62,751 bases of DNA, filler included, from Rhabdomonas costata (GCA_019059605.1; 47 parts of 47 records of this genome joined end to end with filler, not necessarily neighbours in it), one strand, 5' to 3'. Counted from the first letter of the whole stretch, positions 13,127-26,655 are shown. The notes: a model not told the origin generated them from the sequence alone. A program made the numbers and translations.

Positions 13127-13927
13127 CTACACAAAGTTTAAAAAATAGAAGGAGGACGAGGAAGAACGACTATAAGAAGAAGACCTATAACAAAAGAAAA
13201 AGTTGCATCTGCTCCATGACCCACGACACGACCCATGACCCACAAAATAGTCAACACAATCCATATTTAACAAAAACANNNNNNNNNNNNNNNNNNNNNN
13301 NNNNNNNNNNNNNNNNNNNNNNTTAATTAATTAANNNNNNNNNNNNNNNNNNNNNNNNNNNNNNNNNNNNNNNNNNNNGGAGAGAAGGCCGAACCGGAGA
13401 GAGAGAATGGCAAGACCCTCGAGCGAGACAGTGAGAGAAAGGATTGGGAAGGAAAGTGGAAAAGACGCGAAAAGCAGGAAGGCACGGCAAGCGAAAGGCA
13501 CAGGATGTCAGCGCTGTTCTACATGGGCAGCAAGGGTATGCGTGTGTGCATCCGAAAGTGATGGGAGGTTGCCGTGGAAAAAGGTGCCCACAAAGCTGAA
13601 AGTGCATGAGGTTCCACCGAGGTGTTTAATTATAACCGCGCCATCCCGCTGCGTTTTTGGATTTTTTCTTGCTGTGTTCGGTTCAAATTTTTATTATGTG
13701 GGCAGGCACATCTGCCTGGAATCGGAATGGGACTGAGATACCGATCCGTAACTGCCTAAAACAGAGACAAAGCTACACTGGCCTCACTCTTGGACAAGTA
13801 ACTGTTCATAATTTTTACTTTGTTTGAAATACAGCTCTTCTTCACTCCTCCCTGGCATCTGTTCTCTTCCATTCAAACGTCCGTCGTCAGGCTGCCGCGC
13901 CGCTCCTCCCGTATCCTTGCCCAACAG

Positions 13928-14096
13928 TGACACACTCGTGCCAACCCAACTGCATGGCCATGGGCCTGGGCACGAAGCTGTCCTATCGCGCCCTGCACGA
14001 CATCCCCAAGGGCGAGCTCATCACCTTCTCCTACATTTCCGGGTTTGACCTCTGGAAGTCCACTCCGGTCCGCCGGGCGCTTCTCCGCGAGACTCG
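13928..14096 (+). CDS. SET-domain (SMYD-type) methyltransferase exon
   Basis: THSCQPNC...YRALHDIPKGELITFSYISG...KSTPVRRALLRETR contains the NHSCxPN and GEEL..SY motifs. Bounded by cag and gt. Confidence 0.88.
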
Positions 14097-16146
14097 GTGT
14101 CTGCGTAGGGTAGGAGGGGTAACACTTATTTCGGGTTAGATGTTCACTCTATTTTTTCTCGGTGTTGGTCAGTAGGTTTGTATTTTGCAAGTGAAGGGGC
14201 GGGGCGTTCGGAGCAGGTTGAATTCTTCTTTACATGTCCATAGAAGCGGTCCACTTTTCTTTTTGTCCGTCCGGATGGTTATGTGGTCTTACCCACCGCT
14301 CTCCTCCTCTCCACGTTGCCACCGATCACTCCCCAATCCTGCTGCCCCGCTCCACTAGAGCATCAGAGTGCCTTGTGGAGGTCGTGCTGGGCCGTCGGGG
14401 CAACAAGGAGTGCGTGATCCGCTATGGCCGGAAAGGTTGAGCGAACCCTGTTTGTCTTCAGATCGATTTTTTCTCCTCTGCAGGGATGTGATGGCCTTGG
14501 TTTGTTCGCTCAAGCTGGGCTGGGCGAGATCGATATCTGAGACTGCTCTGTTTGGAACTGGCTTGTTTTGGTATTAAAAGAGAGACTTGATGGCAAGTAA
14601 CAAATGGAACAACAAANNNNNNNNNNNNNNNNNNNNNNNNNNNNNNNNNNNNNNNNNNNNTTAATTAATTAANNNNNNNNNNNNNNNNNNNNNNNNNNNN
14701 NNNNNNNNNNNNNNNNGGGTGTGGGTAGAGGAGCAAACCCCGCGGTCTTCAGAACCACCACCACCCGACACACCGAACGGAAGCTTTGCAAACCTCTACC
14801 CACCCCCCGGCTGTCACCCGTTCGGTGATGCGAAAGAATCTGATTTGCCTCATCCGAATTTCGCACCTCTCTCTTTTCTGGGTCAAAATGCCCCCTTCAC
14901 TGAGGTTCCGCTTTGGATGCGTTGGAATCCTGTCTTCGGGTGTTGCAATCACTCTCTTCAATGCCTTGGAAACGAGGCAGACATACACACACATACGCTT
15001 CGCAATGGTAGCAGCGTTGAACTTGTCTCGGCAGAATCGAGGTTCTCTTCCCCTCTGCTTCCCTCTGAGCTGCACGTCCATTGGGCCTCACTGTGGCTGT
15101 GTCAGGCCGTTCTCGTCTGATCACGTTCCCTCCTGCTCTCTTTCTTTTGTTCACGCAGCCATGAGGCACGCACAATTGCACAAATACCCACAATATTCTA
15201 TTTAGGTGGAAACCAAAGTCAGGTTGCACCGATATCAGGATCGACCACAACACCACCCACCAAAGGCACTTCCACGGCATTTCCCGAAATCCCCCGTCAA
15301 GCACGACCAGCAAAGCAAAGTCGAGTGGAACCTCCGCTGAGCCATGTGGAAAGATGCCCCAGACCGTGGAACTGCTTACATCACCCTTTCTTCTCTTCCA
15401 CTCCACCATCAGCAAACTTTTTTTTGCCAGATTCCCAAGAAAAAACGACACATCGGAAGCACATCCCCGTTCGGCAACTTTGCAATCCAGCGAAATCGTT
15501 CGTCCCTTCCCACGTCCCTCCTCCCTTTCCCTTTCCTTCACCTGGAGTCTCCGGAGCCTTCTCTGTGAGGGCAGTGCGGGCGCCCATGCTGTGCCGTGGA
15601 CTTCGGCTGATCACCGGAACATCGTACGCCCCAGGGCCTGCGAATTGCAAGGGAAAAAATGCCCTTGTAGCTTTATCTGCGCAAACAATGAGGACAACCA
15701 ACCAAGCACACAAAGACACACATTCCAGATTCCCCAGGTGTAGGGCATCTCTTTCAGGGAGAATAGTCTCCAGGAAGCCATATAGTTTCCAAACCCCCAA
15801 ATCAACTTTGCGGCAGTGACGACGTAGCGCATAGAAACCGTTTGAAGCTGCCACGTTGCCACAAGAGGTGGCCGCCAACCCGCACTCACTATTTACCCCA
15901 CACGCAGACGCAATTCCACCCACCAGTCCAAACGCAAGTATTCCCCCCACCCCCNNNNNNNNNNNNNNNNNNNNNNNNNNNNNNNNNNNNNNNNNNNNTT
16001 AATTAATTAANNNNNNNNNNNNNNNNNNNNNNNNNNNNNNNNNNNNNNNNNNNNGTTTGTTGGTTGATAAGGCGAGCGGGTGGGCAATGGTGCACGACCT
16101 GCAGTGGCTGAGGGGGTGGGCAATCCCGCGCTCTTTGTCATCTTAG

Positions 16147-17012
16147 GTGGGCATTGCAAGGCGGCTGCCCCAGAGTACGAGAAGGCCGCCAAGAGTCTGC
16201 AGGGCATGGTGAAGGTGCTGACGCTTATCCCCTCCCTTCCCCTCCTGTTTTCCAGCTTCCTTCTGATCCTTTTGGGGTGCAGGAGGGACGTAGTGCCCCA
16301 GCCCGCCAACGTTCTTCAACTGCTCGTTTTTAATTCTCTGCCATTCTTGCAAAAAAATGTCTGCCTATCTCGGCTCGTCTTGACGAGCAATGGCGACACC
16401 TGTGGTTCCAGCCCTGCTATATGGCACGTTGGTGACTGTTCGCAGCTTTTAGTTGCGACCACTTCTGTGCATTTTCCTGATATACTTCCTGCGATTTTTC
16501 CGTGCGAGGCCAAGACAATGAGGCAGTATATTCCTCCTACATCTGCGGAAATATTTGCTGAGCTGTATGTTATGCGCTGTTCTAACCATTTTTCACCAAA
16601 CACACGACGAGTGTCATGTCTTATCCGAGTGCCCCCGCGCCTATTCCCCCCGCCTCCCGCATTGTATGCTCTGATTCTATTGAAAACCACGGTGCATCAT
16701 CGCTCACACAAAGACACACGCACACACACAGCTCACACACTTTTTTATAGCTTGGGGTTCTGGACTGTGACAAGTACAAGGAAATTCCAGGTGCTGCTTT
16801 TTGGGGAAACGGGGATAGGGATGCTGGGGGGTGGAACGCTGCTGGACACCTCTGTTCTTTGAGTTGAGTGGGGGAGTCATTGGACTTGCTGCTGCTACGG
16901 TTCGTTCATTGTTGAGCTTCACTTGGGATGCCCCGTGCATCTGTGACCGCGTTTCCTCAGGGCAATTCGGCGTTCAGGGGTTTCCTACGATCAAGTACTG
17001 GCCCTCTGACAA
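16147..17012 (+). CDS. Protein disulfide-isomerase (PDIA6-like) thioredoxin domain; exons 16147-16214, 16751-16790, 16961-17012
   Basis: Phase-consistent GT-AG splicing gives CGHCKAAAPEYEKAAKSLQGMVK|LGVLDCDKYKEIPG|QFGVQGFPTIKYWPSD, with the CGHC active site and the GFPTIK cis-Pro loop. Confidence 0.93.
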
Positions 17013-17436
17013 GTGTGTGGCGACGCCTGCGCACGCGCGCGCGCGCGCACACACACACACACGTACACACAGTCCTGAGCACCAATGGAGCCACGTGGGT
17101 GGCGGGTGCAAAAGGTAGCTGCGCGACAAAGGCCTGAGACCCATGGGGCAGAAGGCAGGTGACCGCATCGGTGTCTTCCGCTCCGAAGTTTCTTATCGCG
17201 AGTACCAAAAGGCCCCTCAACCACAGTGGTCACCACCAATCAGTCGGGCAACATCATTATGAGCCCAACACACGCGCACACAACACCCAAACCCNNNNNN
17301 NNNNNNNNNNNNNNNNNNNNNNNNNNNNNNNNNNNNNNTTAATTAATTAANNNNNNNNNNNNNNNNNNNNNNNNNNNNNNNNNNNNNNNNNNNNGTGTGG
17401 TCTCGTGTGTGCCGGACGTCACACACGAGACCACAC

Positions 17437-18538
17437 CTTCGCCTTTCATCTTGTCGTTTTCCCATTGGCCTTCGTATCTGTTGTTGCCATCGATGTAAAC
17501 GCCGAAGCCTTTGCGCTTTATCACCAGCGGGACGCCGTCTTTCACCCAGCCTCCTTCTGATAACAGCAAGGGCAAGACGCCAAAGCCCATTGGGTGAAAT
17601 TCGCGATGAAGTTTAAACAGAACAGGCACAGATTTCCAAAATGCCCAGGGAGTTTATTGAAGTTAAAAGGAGTTAGTTGGTGTGGAGCTTTTTGCGCTTC
17701 TACTTCTTCTTCTTTGCGTTTCCAAAGTGAATTGTTGTGCTTTCGTTTCTCGACCCACCAGGGAAAAGACCAGAAGCGCATAATGAACTTCTCAAGAACT
17801 TTCACATCCCCAACCCTCCAAAACCGCAGTTTATGGGAGAAACTACACCATGGTCTTCGCCTGAGTCTGTCGAAGCTGCTCCGCCCCGCCGACACCTCAG
17901 TATTTGCGGTCTCGCCCCACTCGAACTGCACTTGTCTGTCGTTCGACCTCTGCATTTCATTGCATCTTTGGCGGAACCCCTCGCTGTCTCGATGTCCTCG
18001 TCTTCCTCGTCATCAAGGAGGAGGGACGTGGCTGCCCCGCGTGAATGCTGAATTTGTTTGGCGTAATTTAGCTTGTCTTCCTGTATGAGATGAAGGTGTG
18101 CCCCGCTGCGCCCCCTCCAGCCTCAAGGACGGTCTTTGATTGTGCTGGCCCAATATTTTAATGTTGGAATGAGCTGTCGCTTATGGAGTTGTGCTAGCAG
18201 CCTGCAACAGGACTTTGTGCTGCATCCCCTCCGCTGTCTTCTCAACGTGGGAGAGAGGAAAGGGGGCATGGTTCCTCTCAGCCGCAACCTGGTTAGATTA
18301 AAAAGATGAGCTTGCCCTTAATGCCACTTCCTCCAGTAGAATGTATAATGTGGGGTTATGGCCGATAAGTCGACGAGAAAGCGGAGTTCGGGTGAGTTAA
18401 TGAGCTGGTGTGCTTCCCTTCTAGGGTCGTTCGAAAAAGTTAGACACAGAGATACAGATTTAGAGATGAAAAGCGCACGTTATTACCATAGCGGCTGCCA
18501 TCTTCGTAGATGAACACTCCGGTCCCCTCAGAAGGTTC
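17437..18538 (-). CDS. MORN-repeat protein (MORN2-like); exons 18538-18487 and 17556-17437
   Basis: EPSEGTGVFIYEDGSRY|EGGWVKDGVPLVIKRKGFGVYIDGNNRYEGQWENDKMKGEG. The phase-1 join recreates the YEGxW motif. Confidence 0.88.
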
Positions 18539-21407
18539 CTGGACGATGAAACACAATACCATCGTGCGCGCGCACACACACACAGGACCTGGTTTTTCGG
18601 CTACGGATTCTTTTTGCGCCCCACCCAACCAANNNNNNNNNNNNNNNNNNNNNNNNNNNNNNNNNNNNNNNNNNNNTTAATTAATTAANNNNNNNNNNNN
18701 NNNNNNNNNNNNNNNNNNNNNNNNNNNNNNNNATTCCAGCTGCTGTCAATCATTGTCTTGTTGGAAAACGCGTACGAGCGTAGAAGCCAGCCTAAACTCG
18801 AAACAGAAGTGATAGTGTCCCCACAAAGAAAATTACATTACAACTGGCCATCGATGGCCGCGGGAAGCGCATCAGAAAGTTCTGTACTTATCCTTCCAGC
18901 TCTGCAATCGTCACCAGTTCAATACTCCCCAGAAGGGGAAGTTTTTATCGTAACTTAAACGTAAAGCTCCGATAATGAAACTGCACCTTCACTTCCAGAA
19001 AGGACTCTTCCTTTCCGCTTCAAGACTCCAAGACGGGCGGGGTTGAACGTCACTCCAGTGATCACTCACTGCATCCCCAGTTCCGGATGGATCACGGTAC
19101 CCAAAAAGGTCTCTTCTGAGACATAGCCGTGCAAGTGATCATGCAATACGGCCTGCAGGCGTGCCTGGAACACAGGCTCCCCAATTCTCCGCACATGCTC
19201 CGCAATGAAGGCCGTGGATTGGGTGTAGGTCTGTCCCGTGAAGAGCTTCTGGCTCTCCCCAGTTGACGTAGCCTGAAAAAGATGTTGCACCTGGCAACAC
19301 ATGCCAACCGATACCCGCAAGGTAGTGCAAACTATTTCACCGGGGAGGAAGGCGAGTCTGGACGAAGGGCATAACCGCTCCTTTCGCCCCGTCCACTTCT
19401 CCCCCCCCCCCTCCCTCTCACTGCCACACAATACAAAACGCACATCAACAATTACCTATCGATATATTCGCGATACAAAGCTCATCAATGCACTAACTGT
19501 CGCATCTCGCTACATCATTCCGACGCTGAGAAAAAGAGCATGATAGAAGCCCTGTATCCCGCAAACACACGTTCCAATCCAATTGGACCCCCTCTCAAAG
19601 CAACATGGGACAACAGAGCATCCCGCCCAGCTCATGACCTACCATTTTTTTGACACCCGGACCCATCGCCCAGTGTGGTACATTCTCTCCTTGCACACAA
19701 AGATTAAAGGCACACAGCCAAGCGGCAGAGCTTCCTAAGAAGAAAGACCTGAGACGCAGCTTGTGCGGCCGATTCGGCACGGGCCACACTGCTCTTCGGC
19801 GCGGGCTTACGGCTAGAGACACTTGAGAGTTCCACCCCACGCAGCTCAGCAGTTAGCTTTTGGTCCAGGAAGCACGCCAGCCCTAATCCCCGCCCACCTT
19901 GGAAAGCTGGGAAAATAGAAGGGCTCAAGCCCCCTTCGCTCCGAAACAGGAGTGAGTGATAAAAACCAACNNNNNNNNNNNNNNNNNNNNNNNNNNNNNN
20001 NNNNNNNNNNNNNNTTAATTAATTAANNNNNNNNNNNNNNNNNNNNNNNNNNNNNNNNNNNNNNNNNNNNGCAGGGCGGTAAGGACACAAAAGCAAGAGC
20101 AGAGAAGGAGATATAAAAGCTCTGCGCCGGCTTTCCCCTTGCCGGCACGAAAAAGGCCGTATGGAGGGTCCACCGAAAAAATGATTACACTCAGTAAGTG
20201 AAGTTTCATTGGAAAATACCCTTTTTTCCAACCACGCAAGGTAGAGTTCAAAAACGTCCGTCGTCACGGTTGCCCACATACACACGCGTGATCGTGGGAA
20301 AGAGGGAGGTGGCCACAAAGAATATAAATGATAGGGTTGAATCACGCGCCGACACCACGACCTCAGCAGGTCCTCTGTGCCAATAAATCGACTTTCCCGA
20401 CTCACTGAGAAGTTTGAGGCCTTTCATGACCTTCTATCCGCTCTTCACACAAACCGCTCTGCTCCACTCCTGCCTAGGCGCTTGCAAACCGATGCCACGT
20501 TGCACAGGGGCCAGAACTGGGTCTTTTAGCATGCTCAGGTATTGAAACTTTCATTTTGAACAAACTTGGGGCTTGGTTTGCTAGCAGGCCCCCACTCTTA
20601 ATACCAGTGATATAAAATTTCCCTAAAAACTTTTATAACGGTATAAAATTATATAGCCAAGTTCTAAAAGTTTCGAAATTTATAGCGACGGTTATGTAAA
20701 ATTCACATTAAAAAGTAACTCGACCAAACAGTTCACAGCATCGCCGAACATGTGAAAAATTTTCTACCACTGCTGTATAAACTTCACGATCATCAGCTTC
20801 ACGAATCCGACGCTTTGATGTAACCCCGAATACTGACACCGACCCCAACCAGCAGACCCAACTCCGAAATCAGCCCCTGAAACCAACCAAGAAGCGAAAG
20901 CAATCCCCGAATACCGACACCAGAAACCCTGAGGTCACCCGATACAAGTCGAACCATAGTCCCAGAACACACAAACGAACCCCAAGCCCGGTGTAAGACC
21001 CACGGACCGGGAAACCGTGATGTCAAGAACCCCACTTTCTGAAATACCGCAGCGGAAATTGAGCCCACGAGTCCAAGAACCCCCAGAACCCAAGAGCCCT
21101 ACACTCGCTAACACTACATGAAGGCCGTGACCACCAGAATGCAGAACCACGAGTTCAGACCGTAGATGTGGTACACGTGTTCGCCACATCATGACCGGCC
21201 ACCACGGTCCCAAAGCAGATCAAGTGGTAGCAGACACTCGGGGCACGGCCGCCCTACAGCGGACGCCGGGAGGAGAGGCACGCCGAGACGCAACCGCACC
21301 AAACAAANNNNNNNNNNNNNNNNNNNNNNNNNNNNNNNNNNNNNNNNNNNNTTAATTAATTAANNNNNNNNNNNNNNNNNNNNNNNNNNNNNNNNNNNNN
21401 NNNNNNN

Positions 21408-22186
21408 GGTTGGTGGTGACCAGGGTCCAAGCCGCGCCGTCGGAGCTCTTCCAGATGTCCTTCATGGGGCTCAAAGAGGGGTTGCTGAAGCCGGCAATCA
21501 CGAGAAGCTGGCCGTTGAAGGTCAGGGAGCAGTGCCCCCCGCGGGCGGGGAACGCGGACGAGGAGGGTACCACGGTCCACCCGGAGAGAGCTGTCGCGAG
21601 GAGAGTGAAGGACAATGGTTCGCGAGCCAAAAGCAGTAAACAGGCAAAGAGGAAGAGCAATGACTGACCAGAGGGAACTGGCATGCAGCGGATCAAGCCT
21701 CAACGCAGCGGAGGAAAGTGCTGATCAGCCGCCATGACCAGGCCGCGGTGGGAAAAATAAAGGGTCAAAAAATGAAAAACGTACTGAGATTACCCTTTTT
21801 CACCCTGCCCGCTTCGTTGCATCGACGTTTCCCTCAAATTCTCACGTTTAATGTGAAGCGGGCCATATAAAAAGATATAAAAAGGGGGGGCTGGGAAGAG
21901 GCCACACCGTAGGAGCCCGTGGAGTAGATACTGTTGGCCCATGTCCCGCCGCATGTCTGGGTCTGATCCATGTTGCAGAGGGCGTTGCAGGAGGATGAGG
22001 GGAGGGCCCCGTAGCCTCCATAGCTGTCACCGCAGAAGCACTGGCTGTAATACTGGACCCCAGCGTAGGAGTACCCCAGGGCGAAGCACATGTTGATGCA
22101 CTTCTGTGGGGTGGCCGTGTTCCAGTCCGCAGCGTATGGAAGGTCCCGGGTACTGGAGTCCGCAAAACACCCGATGTACTTCGGGC
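21408..22186 (-). CDS. Extracellular WSC-domain plus Kelch-repeat protein; exons 22186-21908 and 21590-contig end
   Basis: WSC domain: YIGCFADSSTRDLP...TPQKCINMC...YAGVQYYSQCFCG...CNALC...CGGTWANSIY. A phase-1 splice (TAC G|CT CTC) leads into GWTVVPSSSAFPARGGHCSLTFNGQLLVIAG...KDIWKSSDGAAW. Confidence 0.88.
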
Positions 22187-24081
22187 CTGCCCCCCCACAC
22201 ACACACACAATAAAAAACCTCACACGCTGAGCGCCTGTTACGTTTCTCAGCCTCGGTTCGAAGCGAAAAGGTCCTAACCGGAATCCATGGAACGTGATGT
22301 CAGTCACCACCTAGCTCCTGCCAAACAACAACAACATTACAAATCCTTTACATGTGTAGTGCACCCTTTCGTCCCTAGCCCCAAACGAAGTACCAGTACC
22401 ATCTCATTCCTCAACTCATCCAATGAACACGCATCCTTATTTTCGTACTATACCCTCAACTTGGAAGAGAAGCAAAGTGGATAAGCATCTTACCAACTTG
22501 ACAGCGTTCTCTGGGCGCTTGCCGTGCACGGCTCACAAGCATTGCAGATTTTCTCGGGAGGCGAAAAGAAGTTGAATCACGTCTGTCTCTTCCTCTGAAA
22601 TGTCCTCTGAAACAGGCTCTCAGCTATCACCACAAAGCATCCAGNNNNNNNNNNNNNNNNNNNNNNNNNNNNNNNNNNNNNNNNNNNNTTAATTAATTAA
22701 NNNNNNNNNNNNNNNNNNNNNNNNNNNNNNNNNNNNNNNNNNNNGTTGTTGGGTTCCTCCATCGTCATTCGAATGTTCGAATGCAAATCCGTCAGTGTGC
22801 AGGTGCGATGTTGTGTGCACTTCAGCCGCATGAGGGATGTCTTGTCCGCGGCATTATCAAGTGAGTGTAATTTCACGGCACGTTTCACGTGGACCATTAT
22901 TTACCCGCAATTTAGGCATGGGCTGGTGAACTTACTATAGCCCATAGTGGTCGAATACACCTACAAGAACGGAAGGGAATGAGTATATCACTTGGGCTCT
23001 TGCATCCTTCATGAATATTCTCGCATACTCTCACTCATCAAAGTTGATCGCAAGACACACTTTTTGATTTTCTGTTTTGGTATTGATGAAATTCTTCCAA
23101 ATTCTAATCGAAATTACTGACTCTCCCCGAATCGTGTGCACTCTCATGGCAGGATCCCACACGGTTCCGGTTGGAGATCCTGTTTTCACCGGGCGCGCGG
23201 ACTCCCAGCACGGCTCCTGGAGGGAAGTTCGGGTCCATTCAGGGCCACGTCTGCCCCGTTCAAGCTGGTAATGTCACAGTGCTGTGCATTGGCGGGGAAA
23301 ATGGACTTCTGTTTAGTATTTCATCTTTCAGCTACCTTTTCTAGTTTTAATCTTTCCCCATTCTTTCTTTTTCGGATAGGAACTTAAGGTTTGTTTGGAT
23401 GCGCACGGCCCCATTGTAGACTGCATTAGCGTCAAAAAAAGAAAACTACAGGGTGTCTGTGCACAGCTGAACTTTATGATCTCTGTAAAGAGTCTGGTGT
23501 ACGGCTTAGAAGGTCCCCAACACCACCTAACACCTCGGTCTTCCGCAATCCTACACAGCCACCACTCCAATACCGTCTTTCGATTCCGAGCCTTGCATTG
23601 TGATGGCTTCCTTTCAAAAGAGACCCCCCCCAACTCACCATAGGGGTGCGGATGAACAGCGGTGATTCCATTCTCACTCTGGACCATGTCTACGAGGCCC
23701 TCGCTCCGTTCGCCTTCCAGCACCACAGCAGCGTGGCCAGCTCTGTGGCGCCCTCGCAGGCAGCCCCCTCCATCCCGGCCCCAGGGGTGCCCGTCACCCC
23801 GCCTGCCAGGGTGATGCACTCTCGGCGCGCCAGCGCAGGCAACAGCAGCTGCCTCACCAAGTCATAGTTGCGGACCCTTGGAGTTGTACCAATGTGTGCA
23901 GGGGGGCTAGCGTCTCATAACAGAGTCTGGCAAACCGATTCTGTTTCCTTTGGAGACTTCCTGGTTGCAGAGCGAACCGAANNNNNNNNNNNNNNNNNNN
24001 NNNNNNNNNNNNNNNNNNNNNNNNNTTAATTAATTAANNNNNNNNNNNNNNNNNNNNNNNNNNNNNNNNNNNNNNNNNNNN

Positions 24082-24237
24082 AAGGCCTGCGTCAGCGTGT
24101 CGATCTCCTTGTACACGGAGCGGGGAAAGGGCTGCATCTGGACCACGTCCAGGGTGCACAGCAGCTCCACCTCCCGCGTCAGGCGAATCAGAGGAGTAGC
24201 AAAAAGCCTCACCAGCAGAGTGGTCAGCAGCGCTGTC
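24082..24237 (-). CDS. TM-HAMP segment of a receptor-type nucleotidyl cyclase or sensor protein
   Basis: TALLTTLLVRLFATPLIRLTREVELLCTLDVVQMQPFPRSVYKEIDTLTQA: a hydrophobic stretch followed by the HAMP pattern PL.RL...S..KEI..L..A. Confidence 0.6.
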
Positions 24238-25995
24238 CTGAAAGTTAAGTACACAAAACCTGGTGGCAACCGGAGGATCGTGTCATCGTCCAGGTTCATA
24301 CTAGAACAGTGCACTGCTCGGAGATAATAGGAAATATCACGGAGGTCACTGAAAATTGTTGCCCGACTCGCCCAGTTGCTGTTTCTTTTACTTGTGTGGC
24401 GCCGCACGCCAGGAGACCTCCTTTGACCTTCAAGGGTGCGGCTCTCTTCCCTTCCCAACTGCTGATGTCACCTTGCTGATTTCACCTCCACAGCTACGGT
24501 TGTGGCGTATTTCAGCTCCAGAAAAAGTATGCCTTAACGGTGTCCCTCACGCGGTGAACCGCCTAGAAAGGCCAGGGCACTAACCGAATGGGCCATGATT
24601 TGAGCACCATTTAATAACGCGCATCGGCACAGCAAAAACAAAAGTAGGCCGCGTTTGCCAGACCTGAGTGAGAGTTATCTCTGATCTGGACAGAATTGCT
24701 CCTTTCATTATTTTGCGACCTTTCCGGTTTCCCTTGGATTTAGGCGACATTTCCTGGACCCTTGGTCCCTTACCAAACTGGGACTGTTGGATTTTGCGGG
24801 GGGAGGTGGCAAGCGCTTAACGCCAATAAACAGTTAAAAATTAGTTGACTTCAGTCTTAATCTCAGTCTAAGGAGGCAAAATAACAAAATCCCTTTAAGG
24901 GGAAAATATCCTCTCGTGGCACAGGCACAATAGGTCGAAGAGGCTTTACCTAACCCAACGCTCCGAAAAAAAACTTCCCAAAAAACACGAGAGAATACGG
25001 TGTTTAACGGTGTTAATCGTTTAACGCCCCCCTCCGACCCATACAATTTTCACAAACTTTGTCACCAAAAAAGCATTCAGCCAGATTATCGTTGGAGTAG
25101 TCTCACCTCAACACGCTTTACCGCAACCACGCAGCACGCGGCCACGCTTTTAACGAATGGACGGTCCGATACGGTCTGAAACCAAACGGGATCGTTCAAA
25201 AAAGCCGCAAATCCACTACTGCCTCACAGAACTCCCAAAACCGTCTACGATCACAGGAATGGGAATCGACCGAAAGTGCAGAGAAGCGCACACCCAAGAG
25301 TGACCAGCACCACACACCNNNNNNNNNNNNNNNNNNNNNNNNNNNNNNNNNNNNNNNNNNNNTTAATTAATTAANNNNNNNNNNNNNNNNNNNNNNNNNN
25401 NNNNNNNNNNNNNNNNNNGTGTGGGTGGTTACCTCCTCTCTCATCCTCCCCCCCCCCCACTTCTCTTTCATTGAACTCTTTCAGTCATGGTTTCTGTGTT
25501 TTGCTATCGCAAAGTCCGCAAAGTCAAGATACTAGAGAAATAACACAATCATGGACTCCTCGAAGACCTCCACCTCAAATCACACCGCCGAATACGATTG
25601 TAAGCCAGCTGATCATGACGTACCAGGAGAGGACGGTGTTGCACAGGTGTGTGATTGGCATCGCCTCTCCTGCCCCTATTATTTCACCGCTCTAAATGCA
25701 TATCTGTGGAGGACTAGTACTGGACCTGAAAGCAAGGCAGCGCAACGGCGCTTGGAACCTTTGGGAAGATGGGAAGGGGCTTTTTGAATTTCAGCAAAGT
25801 GTGCGCCACAATTTGTAGTGAGGTACGCGTTTGACCAAGGTTTTTGATTCGTTGGTAGTTCTGCTTCCTCTTTAGCCTTCCGCTGTTCTTCACTCGTCGC
25901 GCGTGTGGTCGCGTTTCGCACAAGTGGGGCCGAATCTTTTAATCGCAATCCACCTCATCCTTTTCTCTGTATAGGGACTCAGCGGTGGAAGAGCT

Positions 25996-26655
25996 TTGCT
26001 GCTGACTATCCTCCTGATTGTATTGGCCTTGCTGGAGTTGAGCGGGCTTCCCTTCGATGTTTTCTTGTTCTTTGCGCGGCACTCCATTTTCCTCCACGTA
26101 TTAAAAGGCAGTCCTGTTCAATCGCAACCTTTTGACGATCTAGAGTTACCGCTGGCCAACGTCAGCGTTTTCCGCCTCCTGTTGAATAATTGCACTGACT
26201 CCGACGTGGCCTCTTGTTGGTGGGCCTTGCGGAGGAGGCCAATGGTGAAGGACCTCCCAAGCGCAATGAGGGATCTCCAACGAGATGGCTTCCGTGGTGA
26301 CTGCGGAGACCTGCTGAAAATATTGCATGTGCGAGCGCAGCTGGCCGCCGATGCTGCGCGGATGATGTCCTGTCAGAGCCCTTCTCTTGGAGCGCTTCGG
26401 CTTACGTTACGGCGATGTGGAATGTACAATCAGGCTGGGTTTTCAGATCAGGGGTGGTCGTTCTGGCAAGTTTACCACGACAGGGCCCGAAATGGGGTCA
26501 CCTATCCCTCCAGAGGGCAACCTAACCACACGTACTACGGGTTTGCGTTGAGTGGGCCACGGCGACGCGAATGCGACGCAAGCCTCAGCGACCTGGCGTC
26601 CTTCCTCCCCGAGTTGAGCCACCGTGCAGGGGAGAGTCTGGCAATCATCTCGCTG
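25996..26655 (+). CDS. Unassigned open frame of about 220 codons with a hydrophobic N-terminus
   Basis: Long stop-free frame running to the contig end, beginning LLTILLIVLALLEL. No family recognised. Confidence 0.3.

Noticed and set aside
16080-16862. 260-aa ORF as a single gene
   Set aside because: It reads through PDI introns, and only short exons carry thioredoxin motifs. The long antisense ORFs 4559..5233 and 49547..50266 are shadows of GC3-rich exons.
21591-21696. Signal-peptide-like start of ORF 21352..21696
   Set aside because: It is the pyrimidine-rich 3-prime end of the intron. A phase-1 acceptor at 21590 links the Kelch exon to the WSC exon.
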